A DNA stretch of 55,708 bases, filler included, from Sphacelaria rigidula (Eukaryota), in NCBI GenBank assembly GCA_964200075.2. It is 3 parts of 3 records of this genome, joined end to end, with 100 filler letters (N's around TTAATTAATTAA, not from the genome) between each part and the next. Parts side by side here need not be neighbours in the genome. Positions count along the whole stretch, not along the records: positions 18,605 to 37,108 come from CAXNAA020000848.1; positions 37,209 to 55,708 come from CAXNAA020000849.1; 1 more part is not named here. One strand, 5' to 3'. The position numbers and the translations under genes are program-made. How positions within the stretch are numbered: the stretch's first letter is position 1; each line of letters opens with the position of its first letter. A model generated the notes under the pieces. The model did not search any database. It was not told where the DNA came from and saw only the letters and a program-made list of their open reading frames with translations. Of this stretch, positions 36,512-49,300 are shown piece after piece.

Positions 36512-37108
36512 GTGTGACGAGCTGGCCAGTACCGTACTACACGTAGACAAGTGAGGCGGAAGCCGCATGTAGATCACAATGCTAGGGAATCTGTAGAAGT
36601 AATATGATTGATCTGTTTTGCGGATCCCTGCTGACCGCCTGGTTGCGAAGTACTAAACGTTGTATCGAGCAACCTTGGCAAGTTCGTGGGCGTGTCACAT
36701 GAAACGAAACACGTGGGCCCAAATAGATCCTTGGATCCCGATGTCACTTTCCGAACAGGATATCCGTTTGACAATCCCGGCGCTCATGCGTGACGGTGTA
36801 TTCGGGTGGTGTGCGAGCGGTTCTGAAACTAAGTCGTGTCTATCACGGGCCATACTGAAACCGAGGAAGTTGTGGATGAATCGTCTGCTTACCAAACTGA
36901 GCCGCAGATCGATATTTCGTGCCACCACGATCGAGCAAATGTTTTGTGGCGAACGTTTGAAGTGATAATTGCTCAGAGTCTGTGTCGGTGGCTGCCTTGT
37001 GTGTACGTACAGTTCGGGGGGGGGGGGGGGCGGGTAAAATTTGTTAGAGGGCATTTTTTGGGTTAAAGGTTTAAAAAACCCTTGACATTTCGGGTGGTAT
37101 GGTTCGTT

Positions 37109-37208
37109 NNNNNNNNNNNNNNNNNNNNNNNNNNNNNNNNNNNNNNNNNNNNTTAATTAATTAANNNNNNNNNNNNNNNNNNNNNNNNNNNNNNNNNNNN
37201 NNNNNNNN
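37109..37208. other. Assembly gap with artificial linker
   Basis: 44 N + TTAATTAATTAA + 44 N. Confidence 0.98.
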
Positions 37209-38670
37209 TCGGAACTGAAACGATTCATTCACTGATCGACCGCTTTTCACTCTCAATCGTGTCATCTACTCTCAATTTCACGTAAACACTGTTACCAGTC
37301 GAATAAATGGATTATTGGAGTTTTTTCAGATCCTCTTGAATCGAATGCGAGCCTCTCAAACTGGCGAAAAGGTTGTCGCATGTACATTTCAGGGACGTGC
37401 CTCGAGATGTTCCAAATATGATTCTAGCCGTTACGCACTACTATCATGTGACGACAAGCACTACTAACCGTAACCCCATTCACCATAGGTGTTCAAACTC
37501 CGATGCGGTCCAAAAAACACACGGTCCTCCCACGTATTACAGACTCACACGACCCGTACATCAAAACATCGGGATATCCAATTACGGACCTTCGACGACG
37601 AACAACACCCTATTTTCCTTGACGCAACCTTGGGCTTGGTTATTGCTCAAAATTGAGTTCATGGAAAGTTCGACAGCACACACTCAATCCAAGAACAATA
37701 CATGCTGTGTCAGCGACATACAACAAGGTACACATGCTTTGTAGGTGGTACCGCCGTAATCATCTATTGACGGTACTGTAATGCGTGAGAGGACCGCGTG
37801 CTTACGGGACCGTATCGTAGTTCAAAACAACTCAGGATCGACGTTTTCCAAAAACAATCGGGTCAGTCCCTGTAGTGACCACGCCCCTGGCCTCAACCCC
37901 AACCCCAACACTAACTCTAGCCCTAACCAAAAGAATAATCAAACTCAGATGCGGTCCTCTAAGCACGCGGTCCTCATACGCACTTCAAGTACCACGCGGG
38001 GTGCCTACAAGAAGTCCAGCTTCAGGTATAACACCACCTCATGGAAAACTGCACAGTTGACATTTCTCGATAACCACTTGTCCTTCGACTAATCACAACT
38101 TCTGGGTTCGCACGATTGTCAGCACACACTTGATCCACCCTCGACACAATTCCAACTATAACGGGTGCTAATCATGTACCTTGCCAATGACGCAGAGGAA
38201 TGGTTTGCCTGCCCATACCCATACCAATCTGGAGATCACAACATGTTGGGTGCGAAGTCGCAACTATCCTAACAAGAGAATGTTCTCCACGGGGCGAATA
38301 AAACGTTGGAATCAGATCATGACGCTGATACCCCGTCGTTTCACACTCTGCCTGATTCCCGTTCCCCGTTTCCAATCTTCACCGAGACATGGAGCGGGTG
38401 GTTGAGATCGGGTGCCTTCAAGAGTATACCTACATGCGCATGCTCCCATCATCCTGCAACTCGATCAGGCCTACCCGATACCCACCCTATTAACAACACC
38501 ACCAACGCACCAATTCTTCGTTGTAGTAGTCTACGCTGCTCGGTCTATCGCATGTAAAGTTGCTACATGACCGGCTGATCGTGTTCCTGCACTACGCTAA
38601 CGAAGACATTTACCAAATGATCACATTCCAACAGATGGATAGCGGCGGTTTGTCACACATGAAACTCAAT

Positions 38671-39954
38671 CTAGGTCCACATCGAGCTCCTTGGTTTTTT
38701 GGGAGGGCAATCCGAGCCGAAGTCGGCGGCTACTCTCTTCGTCCCTAAGGCTTCCATTTGTTTTTCGTACTGTCCGTGACGAGACGCTTTCTGGGTTTTC
38801 ACGTTGACCATGCCTTCCCTGGCGTGCCTTGAGCAGAACTCAGCCGTTTTTGAGCCTCTTGCTCCAAACGATGGCGTCGTTGAACAGTCCACTTCAGCGC
38901 ACTGCTTTTTTCGCACGTCTACCATGCCGTTCACAGCGTGCTGCGAGCAGAACTCGGCCCGTTTTGCCCCCTGGAACGCGTATGACGGTTGTGTATAGCA
39001 GCCTGGATGCCCGCATTGCTTGTAGGTCACGTCAACCATGCCCTCCTCAGCATGCAGCGAGCATACTTGCGCCTACCTCGCATTTGCCGGTCCACACGTC
39101 GCCCTCTTGGAGCAGCCTTTCCGTGAGCATCTTCTGTTCTTCACATCGACCATGCCCTCCGGGGCGTGGAGAAAACAGAACTCCGACTTCCTCGTGCCCT
39201 TGATACCAAATGAAGGTGTCGTGTTGCAACCTTTATAAGAGCATCTTTTGTTGTGCACGTCCACCATGCCCTGTACGGCGTGCATGGAGCAGAATTCTCG
39301 CGTGACACCTCCCGGCCACCCATATGTGGGCCGCATGGAGCAGCTGTCGTGCGCACACCTCTTACTTCTAACGTCCACCATGCCCTCCTCGGCGTGTTGT
39401 ACACAGAACTCCGCCCGTCTTGTACCCTTCACCCCAAATGATGGCCACGTGAAGCAGCCCTCGTGAGCGCACATCCTCCTTTTGTGCACCATGCCATCCG
39501 TGGCGTGCTGGAGGCAGAACTCCGCTGTTCTTTTACCCTGGAACCCGTACGACGCACGCTTGGAGCATCCCTGGTGGTTGCACCTTTTGCCCCTCATATC
39601 CACCATGTCACCCGCGGCGTGTATTGCGCAGTAATCCGGGCGGTTTCCTTCACCCTCCCGCCCATATGTCGGCACCGTATAACAGCCCTCGTGGGCACAC
39701 AATCTCTCATTCTCCTTCGCCTTATTTACGTCTCCGCCATCCCGCGCCCACGACTTCGCCTCCTTTCTACATTCGAACGCACAAATGCGTGCCTGGCGGC
39801 AGTTTCCATCTTCTCGACTCGCGTCTTTCCCCTTGGCCGTGCTCTCCTGGGCATGTTGAAAGAACCACACGCTCGTGCTAGTACCGTCCCATCCATACAA
39901 CCGGAACGCGACGCAGCGCCCTTGGGAGGAGCTGCTGTTCTTCGCATTGGGCAT
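38671..39954 (-). pseudogene. EsV-1-7 cysteine-rich repeat protein (8 repeats), intronless, with one in-frame TAG
   Basis: Eight ~38-aa units C-x4-C-x3-P-[ST]-[FY]-G..[FY]C-x2-HA-x2-GMV[DN]V. The two listed ORFs (39073-39954, 38671-39039) are in one frame, separated only by TAG at 39073-39075 within repeat 6 (PANAR*AQVCSLHAEEGMVDV). Confidence 0.9.
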
Positions 39955-41946
39955 CCTCTGCTTCCAGTGTCTTGCGAGAGTAAAGATGCCGCTTGTTACT
40001 TATGCACTTCAATCCTCTCGGCAGCTACGATCAGTGGAGAGCGGCCCACAGAAATACCCTACGCCCCTCGCGGTATCCTCCAGCTGCCGCCGCGTGACGT
40101 ACCAGTACCAGACGCACGAGGCACCCGTAATGCTACGACGGCTGGAGCTATTTATGTGGTCGGATGCTCGGTGTACGCTCTGCCGCACAAAGTATGGAGA
40201 GCACAAGATCCGAAAAGCGCTTTAATCGTCCGCTCAACCGAGAAACACGAAACGTGAATCTTGTCCCACAGATATTCGCTGTGCACCAACGGTTCCTGCA
40301 TCGAGGTGACAAGGGGCGGACAAGGGGGGCATAGCGGGGCAGGAATGAATGATCTGCCGGTATAAGTCGGATCAAGATATGCTACTTGCTCACGACTCAA
40401 ACCAGTGGCGGGTCACTGGCATGACAGCATCGAGAAGCTGTCAAATGAGTCGTGACACATGCAACCAGCTGTCCAAGAAATCGGAATATAGAAGACGCTC
40501 CACAATATAGGCAGAACAGCGCACAGGCGGGGCTGTACTCTTCATTTGAACACGCTCATCCTGTTGATCGTACTTCGCGGCCGACTTTCAAGTACCTGTA
40601 CTATTGCTGGCGCAGGTGAGTCAGGTATAGTCGAGGGTTGGATTGTACACTGCCGACCTCTAGCAAGCCGCGCTTTACTGGCCAAACTAGTTGCGACGTA
40701 CACTTGGAGGCAAGAAATGAACTCTATTGGCGTCGGTGGATGAAACTTTCAATTCTCTGCCGGCGGTCCCAGTGCGGCACGTTTTCGAACCGCGTACCAC
40801 TGATATTCCGCCGACATGTTTTACTGATTGACTTACGGTGAAGTTGCATCACGTGCTGAACATGGTGCCAACCGGAATTTCTATACAAAAAAAAACAGTG
40901 CGGAAGGGGAAAGAGCACCAGTTGCCGAACGATTTTCAAAAGAGTCGAACATCTCCATATGGTCCCTAACACTGAAAAAACCTTGACTCCCTCTCGAGTG
41001 CATCTACCTCTGGTCCCTCTTAGCGTGCCTCCCTCATACAGTGACACGGATATCTGCTATTTTGCCTCGCTAGTGAAGGCCGACCCAGGCGATACAACGC
41101 GGAGGGTTGTGGCGCGAAGTACAAAAGGAAACGCTCCATACTTCGAGTTGTTTCCGACAAGCACTGCCGTCGGCCGATACGTCGGCATCTCAGCGTTTCG
41201 GCCGATTTTCATCCTTATCATTTCAAGAAAGAAGTGCACACGCGCGCAGAAGACATCAAGAACGTACTAGCACGAGGTTCAAGATGATCGCTTACAGCAA
41301 GGCAACTGCCTTGCGCGCGATAACAGCGCGTGAAAGTGAGCGCATCACACCCTACAAAGCAACTGTGAGTGATGTATTTGTGGGCTGTGTTTGCCCGCTG
41401 AAACCTCGTGTTCACCGCCGTCGTGTCCTGAGGCGATGGAAGGATGTTTCATGACAACGGTTGCCGTATTTTATCTTTCAGTAGTGGATAAGGTGCCGTG
41501 CGCTCGTCATAGCGCACGACAGATTGTGGCCTGCTTGATTCATTGCTCGCCAAATGTCTCCGTTGCAAACCTTGTAGTTCATTACCAACATGTGCTGCCG
41601 GTTGAATCCGCAGCTTACAACATGTCACACTTCATATTGTGCGAAAAAGGCAAGCGACTGCCAGAGACAACGCAATGCCCGCACGCGATACACGCTGATA
41701 CCCGACCCTGTAGCCAACACGCTGATACTGGACCCATCACAGTTCCCCAGGTGTACCAACAACAAATCTGCATAATTGAATGTACACTTCCTCAGGAGCT
41801 GCTTCGATTTTTCAGGGCCCGCTTTGTGCCGCGTCAATATTAAAAACATTTCGTGGGGCCCAGGAGAAGTTTGTGCCAAATGCTCCACGTATTCAGCCGC
41901 CATACGCACATGGCCTGCATCTTCACAACCCGCAACTTGACACACT

Positions 41947-42230
41947 TACCCTTGGGCAGCAAGCGTTGCCTCGAAACAGTTTCACAGGCTTACAGTTCAG
42001 GGACATCCGGGGGTTTTCAGGGAGCCGGGGTGGTTTTGACAGCGGGGTGGGGACCTGTTCGCGGAACAGCCGAGAAGCTCACCAAGTCACCCATGTGTGT
42101 TTGGAAGTTTCCCATGGAAAATTATAAGCCAGGAACGAGTGCCGATAGGAGCGGAGTGACCATTATGACCAATCACTGCTATCAAAATGGCCACTTTGTT
42201 CCCCTACAAGTGGGCTACAGGTGGACTATC
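41947..42230 (+). repeat. ~280-bp dispersed repeat, copy 2
   Basis: Colinear with 8598-8878. Confidence 0.85.
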
Positions 42231-42935
42231 GGCTGCAGTGCAGCTGTCTAGCGGTATTTCCCAATTCGGTACTGGTAATTCAACCAAAGATGACATCGAC
42301 ATAAAAACGTGTATTTCACTCTGCTCCTCGCCCGTGCCGCTTGTCTGACCCCCAATGTGTTGCCTACACGGCTTCGCACTGTACTGTTGTTGTGGAACCC
42401 GAGGCAGAGACATTAGCAGCATGCAGTAGACTGTGTTCAGCGGAGGGCGATTGCACGCTGACTGTTTCTCGCCGTCGTACGAAGAGGATGGTCTCGGAGA
42501 ACCCCTGACCGGTCATGAGCCAACAGCCGAGTGCGTGTGCATGCTCAGTCAGGTATGCACATTATGTGTGTCTGCGCTTGGCATTTTTCAGTTTTCGTAG
42601 GGTGCCTCTTTCATGTATTGCAAGTGGCGCATGCTGGCAGTCACCACTGCTGAAATACATGCGAGCAATGTACATCCTCCTTCATCTATAAAAGTATATC
42701 AAACTCAAGATTCTTGGTATATTCAACAGTAAATTACGGGAAAATGAAGCTCAAAATACCGGGGGCATCGAGTGTGAGATGCCTCTTGATGCTCTCGCAC
42801 GAGTGCTGATACTTTCGGGAGCAGGGCTGGCACACGCCAAGCGTGTTTTGATCGTGCACGCCACTTCCCTCCTCTCGGGCCTCGTTCTCGACTTGAAATA
42901 TTTTGGGGAGACTCGTGAACGCATACAGTATGGTT

Positions 42936-43198
42936 GAGTCATCCTACGATAGTGGGGGGGGGGGGATATTTTGGGCCACTTCTTGCACGAAATTCCAAGT
43001 CAGATCGTCCTTGAAAGGAGCAACAGTTGCTCGAACGAGGTTGCTATAGATAAATAACGCTCGTTCGTACCGATTGACACCGTTTTGAACCAAATACAAG
43101 CGCACCGCGAGTGTGGCAAATCGTCCGACACACTTTTGAGCCTCTTTTTTCGTGCAGTCAAATATCCCCCCCCCCCCCCCCCTATCGTGGGATGACTC
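42936..43198. mobile_element. Sola-like MITE (263 bp) with 4-bp TSD
   Basis: TIR GAGTCATCC(T/C)ACGATAG-polyG-ATATTT at both ends. GGTT directly flanks both sides (42932-42935, 43199-43202). GRG termini with a 4-bp TSD fit Sola2. Confidence 0.75.
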
Positions 43199-43309
43199 GG
43201 TTGACCTTTTGAGCTTCCCGGCTGTTCTCGAAAAAGGTGTCACACTCCCTCTTCTGGCTGTCCCTGGACTAACAGCCGGGGTAACTGTTCCGAGGCGAGG
43301 CTCGCAGTC

Positions 43310-43920
43310 AAAGGGTGAGGCCGTCGGGGTGGCCTCAAGAGTGAACAGGTACCTCGACCAATAACCGGTGTTCATCTTGCTCTGAGATTCAGAACACGAA
43401 ATTCCTGACCCCAATCCTACCCAATTCTTCATGCTTCGAATCGTGATGACCATCATCGGCTTGAGAATCTGACCGAAAGACACATTCAAAAAAGGTTCCG
43501 ATGAGATCGAACTATACCCAGCACCCTGGTTTTTGGGTTTTATGGTGCCTTCACGTCGGCGAATTTCCAGTGATGATATGCACCAGGGACCTACAACGCC
43601 TCCCAACGGTTCCCCGGATATTTGTCGTGGAAAAGCTCGGACCGTCCTCAAACTCGGTAATTTTGTACGTTCGGGCGGTCCACATGATTAAAAGTTCATG
43701 TGGAGATGTTTCAAAGTGTCTCCGCCCTTCAAGGGCTTCCGGGGGGCCCTGGGGTCAAGACTTCCGCAGCTTGTAAGTGATGCCTCAGAAATGAAGGACA
43801 AAATTACTCGCCTACGGGGTAGGCCAAGGAACATGTGCATAAAGGTTGCTTGCGAAACGAGAAAAAGGCGATGCAACGGGGGGTGTTCGCACGTTCAACA
43901 TATATACGAAAACTCGTACG
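43310..43920 (+). pseudogene. Possible heavily decayed DIRS-type reverse transcriptase fragment
   Basis: Across frameshifts the order VASRVNRYLDQ* .. HEIP .. PGF..FMVP..GEFPVMICTRDLQRL..PRIFVVEKL..HMIK..GDVF loosely follows the DIRS RT N-terminal motifs. Catalytic motifs are not intact. Confidence 0.3.
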
Positions 43921-46192
43921 CTGAATCCCATGGGTTGAGAGTTCGTGATCATCACGCTCACGCGATCTCACAAATGCGCAGATCCTCACGCCGAATTTTG
44001 GCCCGACAAAAGCATTTCATCTCCTTGGACTCCCCCCACTGTCAAGGACTATTCTCGCAACCTTCAGGTATATGTTCAAGAGGAAAGACGCGGAAGACGG
44101 GGGTATATCTGACGCGTTTCCCGTCACAACAACGTATGCGGCGGTTTCAGCCAATCACATGGTTGTAAATGTGGCCGCCTTGCACTAACGGTATGCCAAG
44201 CACCTGGATCTGCCGTTCGCCCAGACGAAAAAAACACTCGAGACGTAAAAAACATATTTCTCTACATGAGACGATCTCGATTGTGTTTCCTCCTTTTGGG
44301 AAGTACACGACACGGTCCGAATACGAAAAACTGAATACTGGTCAAATAGTTTTCGCCCTGTTTCCACAGACCCGTGTACAAGACTCGTGAAACGTGTGAG
44401 CCCACAAGTCAATGCACGCGATCATCATGCCCGGGGGAGTTCAGCATTTCACCCGAGCGAAGCAAAGAACACGGCAGGGTCTCGGCACAGATGGTTACCT
44501 GCGCAGCGGCAAGTCATGCCTTGCGCGAGCTTCAACAGAGATCAAGCAACTCTTTACAGAATAGTCCGGACATGTACTTGAGCACGGGGCACTGTCCAGG
44601 GATGAAATATATGTCTGAAGGTCACCATTCTGTCTCGACAGTCTGCCCCTGCACCCTACCCTGGTGATTACGAAAGTGGTGTACCTGCAAGAGACTCACA
44701 TCGGGTAAATTTAGCGGCACTTGAATGGGTACACCTGCTGCACTGTACCCGTATGGGACCACCATACTGAACTGCACTTGACGGGTACAAAATGTGCCAT
44801 ACCTTCCCTACACCTTACTTTTGTCACAGTTGAACCGCACCGTACTTCAGTTCTAAAGTCATTGTGCTGGGGCGTGTCTCCACCCTCGAGGCACGACGCT
44901 ACAACTAACGAAATACGTCATATGTGATGTCTTGACTGATCGACTGAGTGACAGATCCACTACGGGTCCAGCAGTGGTCAGCGCCTTTCTAATCGAGACC
45001 AAAACATGTTTCTCCTCCTTCTCGAGTCTACTTGCTGTCCACGCTTCGCAACTGGTCGGCGACGAGCCAACTCGCAGGTAGATCGGCTGTAAATAGGCTG
45101 GCACGAACAGAGAGACCAGTTTCCACCGACAGAAAAATAAATATACGTGGCACCCAAAGCAATTAATAAGAAGGTTGTGACATCAACTCTCGTGGACCCG
45201 GCTGTCGTCACGCAAAAAACTATTGTCGGGCGGGTTCCTGCTCGGACTAACTACTACGGCGCCAAACCGACGGATGTCTGATATACGCCACTTCTGTGAA
45301 ATCGTTTTGCCCCTCGTGTTTCGAAAACGACACGACTCTGCAGGGCTCATCTTCGTGCGAGAGCACAAGCCGCCCGAAAAACACGAAAAAAAGAAGCGTA
45401 AGTCTGGTACTGTATTCACAAAATTGGAAGTGCCCGAAAAATAAGGTGTAGCCTGTTCCATGTCCGAACGCAGGGATCGACACGCCTGCACGGCCATGAT
45501 TGTGGTGCAGCAAGAGGTATATTCACGGTGTCAGTGGCATTTTTCTGCTTGAGCAAGAGCAAGTTTTGTTGTGTCGGCGGCCGTGATGTTGCTGGACGCA
45601 TGCCGCTAGTTCATAAACGTCACGTGCCCCTGCAGTCAGCCTCACGCTGTGGCCTAAACGGCTTAGCCTGCCTACCACTCTTACTTCGCTTTACCCTGTT
45701 GGTATCCAGAACAGCTTTGAACTAGTTTATCAAGTCTCCATTTAGGCTATACAACAATTGACCACGTGCAAAGGGTTCTCCCCCCAAGTTACTACCCAAC
45801 GGATCATACAGTACACCGTGCACCACACGTGTGGACTTGTCTTGCATCCTCGCTGGAATCGTTGCTGCGATAATTCTCTGGTAAATGCTTTTTTGCCCGA
45901 CACGAGGGACCATACTTTCGATATGGTGGGCATCATGTGTGCAAACGGCTTTGTTTGTGCCATCTTGTTTCTTTGCTTCGACATCGTGCGGTCAACACTG
46001 CTTTCAAACTACCCCAATTTTCACATCGCCCGAAAGTACCAGCTTGACTGCCCTCCTTCAACACTAGAACTGGTCTCACGTACAACTCTACTCGACCACA
46101 CGCATACCGTAGAGAACCACTTCCCATCATCGCTGAGCAAAAACATGGAGCTCAAGCCGTGGCTGTTGATGAGCTAGGTACGTTTGTGCTTA

Positions 46193-46377
46193 GGTCGTGT
46201 CTCAGCACATCTTTTTCCGACGGAAAATGTGGGGTGGAAACGGAGGATTCAATTCCGATCCGACACATCGTGATTTCAACATGAATGACGATGGCTGGAA
46301 TCAAAATCTGTCAGGTTGGACTTGTCCTTTTTGACCACATATTTTAGATCGAAGAAAAAATGTGGCAAGACACGCCC
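46193..46377. mobile_element. Harbinger-type MITE, family H2 (185 bp)
   Basis: GGTCGTGTCTCAGCACAT..AAAATGTGG / ccacatattt..atgtggcaagacacgccc termini, with TTA on both sides (46190-92, 46378-80). Confidence 0.8.
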
Positions 46378-49300
46378 TTAGCTCGTGTCGGACTTGATTA
46401 GTTGAACCAAGTCTTTCACCGGGTCAAAAGTACAAACCGATCATTGTGCAAACGTGGGCCTTGTGGCGGCGTTCTTCGCGTCAAGAGTGGAGAGACGGCC
46501 GGGCGAATAATGGCCACCTCGGAAGAAGTCTCTTGGCAACCCCATGGAGTTCCGGTACACTGGCATGATGTTTTAGAATGCACAGCGTACTACTGCATGC
46601 ACTTCCGTGAGCCGGCAAGGTCTGTACCGTTTGGCACGCTTTTATTTCCGACCGGTGAACCTATGGGTACCAAGTATCATCATCGTGCGGTCCACAAACC
46701 TGCCTCTCCAGGAGGTCAAAACAGACCTTCCTGAGATTCTCCGGGAGATGTTTTATAGCAGCCACTCATCACTGGGCGTATACCACCGGATGTTGTCTTT
46801 GTTCTTGTTTGGGGGGGGGGGCGTACTCATTTGTTGCTTGCCTTAGTCGTGTGACCTTTGACCACGCATCCCCTTCGAGACGGAGCACCGCTCCTACTCC
46901 TAATATTGTTTTCGGGGGAGTTTCGTCACAGCTCAAAGCCAGGTACAAGGCGTGAAGGACCACATGATTCTTGCTCAATGATTCTTCGAGCCCGTGAACC
47001 CTTTCACTCCCAGGGTGCGTCACCTGAGATCTACGCGGAGACACTTGACTAACATCATCGAACGGATAATATGGAAGCTACCAGACACGGAATGTTAAGC
47101 CTTAAACCAGTTGTTTCGAGCAATTTTTTCCAGCTGAATATCGCCATGGCCTCGTTCCATGTTTTCCAAGTGTCAAGACACACGACGTCGACCGCAGTCC
47201 ACCCAACGAGAGTACACGTTGGGACCGCTTCCAAAGTTACGCCGAGAATTCCCCGGAAAAGAGATTGCGGGAGAAACAGAAGGGGGGCTCCGGAGATTTT
47301 TTCACGGAACCGCGTTTCCGAGAGGTACGATTTCTCGACCCATCTCGTCGGAAAAAGCAGACTGTTTCCACGAAGGTCCAGATTTGCACGGAGAAGTAAC
47401 TGTCTTTTTCACAGTTTCCTTGGGGGAGGGAGGAGGGGGGAGGGGGGAGGGGGGAGGCACACGGACATCATTTCTTGACTGTACACGTTGAGAGCCCTGC
47501 GGGCGATGTGTTATTGGACGATCAATCTGTGTACGCCCGAAAGAGATAAAACTGGCACACCGCACAACACGTGTGCAGGTGATGGTAAGCTCGACAGCAA
47601 CCCCGCATACACCACCCTTCCATCAAGGCTAGCGTTGCTGGGAAGGACTACGCCAAGTAGACATCATCATGACAGCCGTGCCTCGAATGATGAGCCCCAG
47701 CAACAAAAGAGGTTGTTGTGTCTCAGTTTATCACGGCGACACGGACAGGACGGGAGACAGTGGTTCCCGTTTGGGGCGCAAGAAAGTAAATGACGGAACA
47801 ACGGCTTCGGTCCCGCGCTGTGCCTGGGCAGCCTCACGAAACGCACAAGGAGGTCCAGCGTATGCGTAATAATTGCTGCGGCCCTATTTCCTGCCCAGCT
47901 GCACATACCAAAGACTGCCTTCGGTTGGAATGTATCCGCAACTTCGAAAGCTACACCAGTCAGCGTCAGGGCCAACTTTACCACAGACGGTGCAGCTGTC
48001 TTCCGGCTAGGGTTTTGACGAGTGCTGTAATTAGCGTACTGTTATGCGGTTTGCTGCTGAGGCGGCGCCTTTGAATCAACATACGCAACAAGTTTTCACA
48101 GGATCTTCAAAATTGATCAACCCCTCCTTCCCACCCTCTGGATATCAACCCCAGGTGATGAATTCTCGGGTCCTGAAACGTCATCCCCCAAGGGTCATCA
48201 ACGTGTTCTATCATGACCACGGGTTTGAGAGATTGCGCTAGTGTGTGGAAATGCTAGTACTGATGAAAAAGTCATGGGAAAATCAGACACACATGAAACA
48301 CGTGCAGCACGTCCCACCAACAGGTCGAAGCAAGGCATTGTCGCCGAAATCGCAACATTGCAATACATCCGCCTCAGCTCTGATTCCTCTCGAATGCTCA
48401 TGATATCGGGGCAGCATTTACACCATTCTTCCTGTTAGCAAAGGTACCAGTGACTGTGCTATGATTGATTTCACGGCAGCATGCTATCAAAAGGTAGGGT
48501 GAGGTACTTTCGTTGATTTTTTTGCGACTGACGGGAATCAATTGAATTTTGGAACGTTTGGGACACTGTGACTGCCCAGAGAACGATGGCGTCCGCGCCG
48601 TTATTCTGTGAAGGAAAAAATAGCGCCGAAACGTGCCAGCAACAACAAAAAATGTCCGAACGTGAGGTGACCGCGATAATTCATCCTGTCTTTTTTTTTT
48701 CGTTCCTACAAAAAGCGGTCTCAAGACACAGGATCGAGACACTACTAAAACACAACCGCAATAGCCGCGCCAACAGCACGTGCGTCTCCTAGCGAATATA
48801 CACGCGCCACGTCGTTTAGCTCTTCAGCAACAGCTCTTCGTGTTGACCGCACACCTCTCACGCTTACCGGCTGCGATCGGTGAAATGATTTCGCTGTACT
48901 GTCGTCGTGAGACGATGGGAGGACGACGGCAAAGCGCTGCCTGTCGGGCCTCGTGAACGAAACGAAAATCATGACCTGGGGAATCCCATTGCGGAAAAAA
49001 TTATTCGTGCCGCGCCCTGTTGGTGTAATCGATACGACTGGAAAAAACAGATATCGGGAAGGATGCGATGCGAACCTATCCGTACATGCATTCTAGTCTT
49101 TTATTTTTCCTGGGGAAATACTTGGTTTTCGTCATTGAAAACGTGAGCAGAAGGTTTATGACAACCCAAGAACGTCTGTATTGACGATGACCGATGCGGT
49201 GGAGGAATGCTGATGATCATGGTCCAATCCGCGATAACAAAATATCAGACGTGTACCGGGAGAGAAATTGGTCCATCCCTTCTGAGCGAAGACTCGTCTC

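Noticed and set aside
45583-45650. VMLLDA/HKRHVPLQ as exon 5 of the WYKDEGG gene
   Set aside because: Needs frameshifts and has no suitable acceptor AG.
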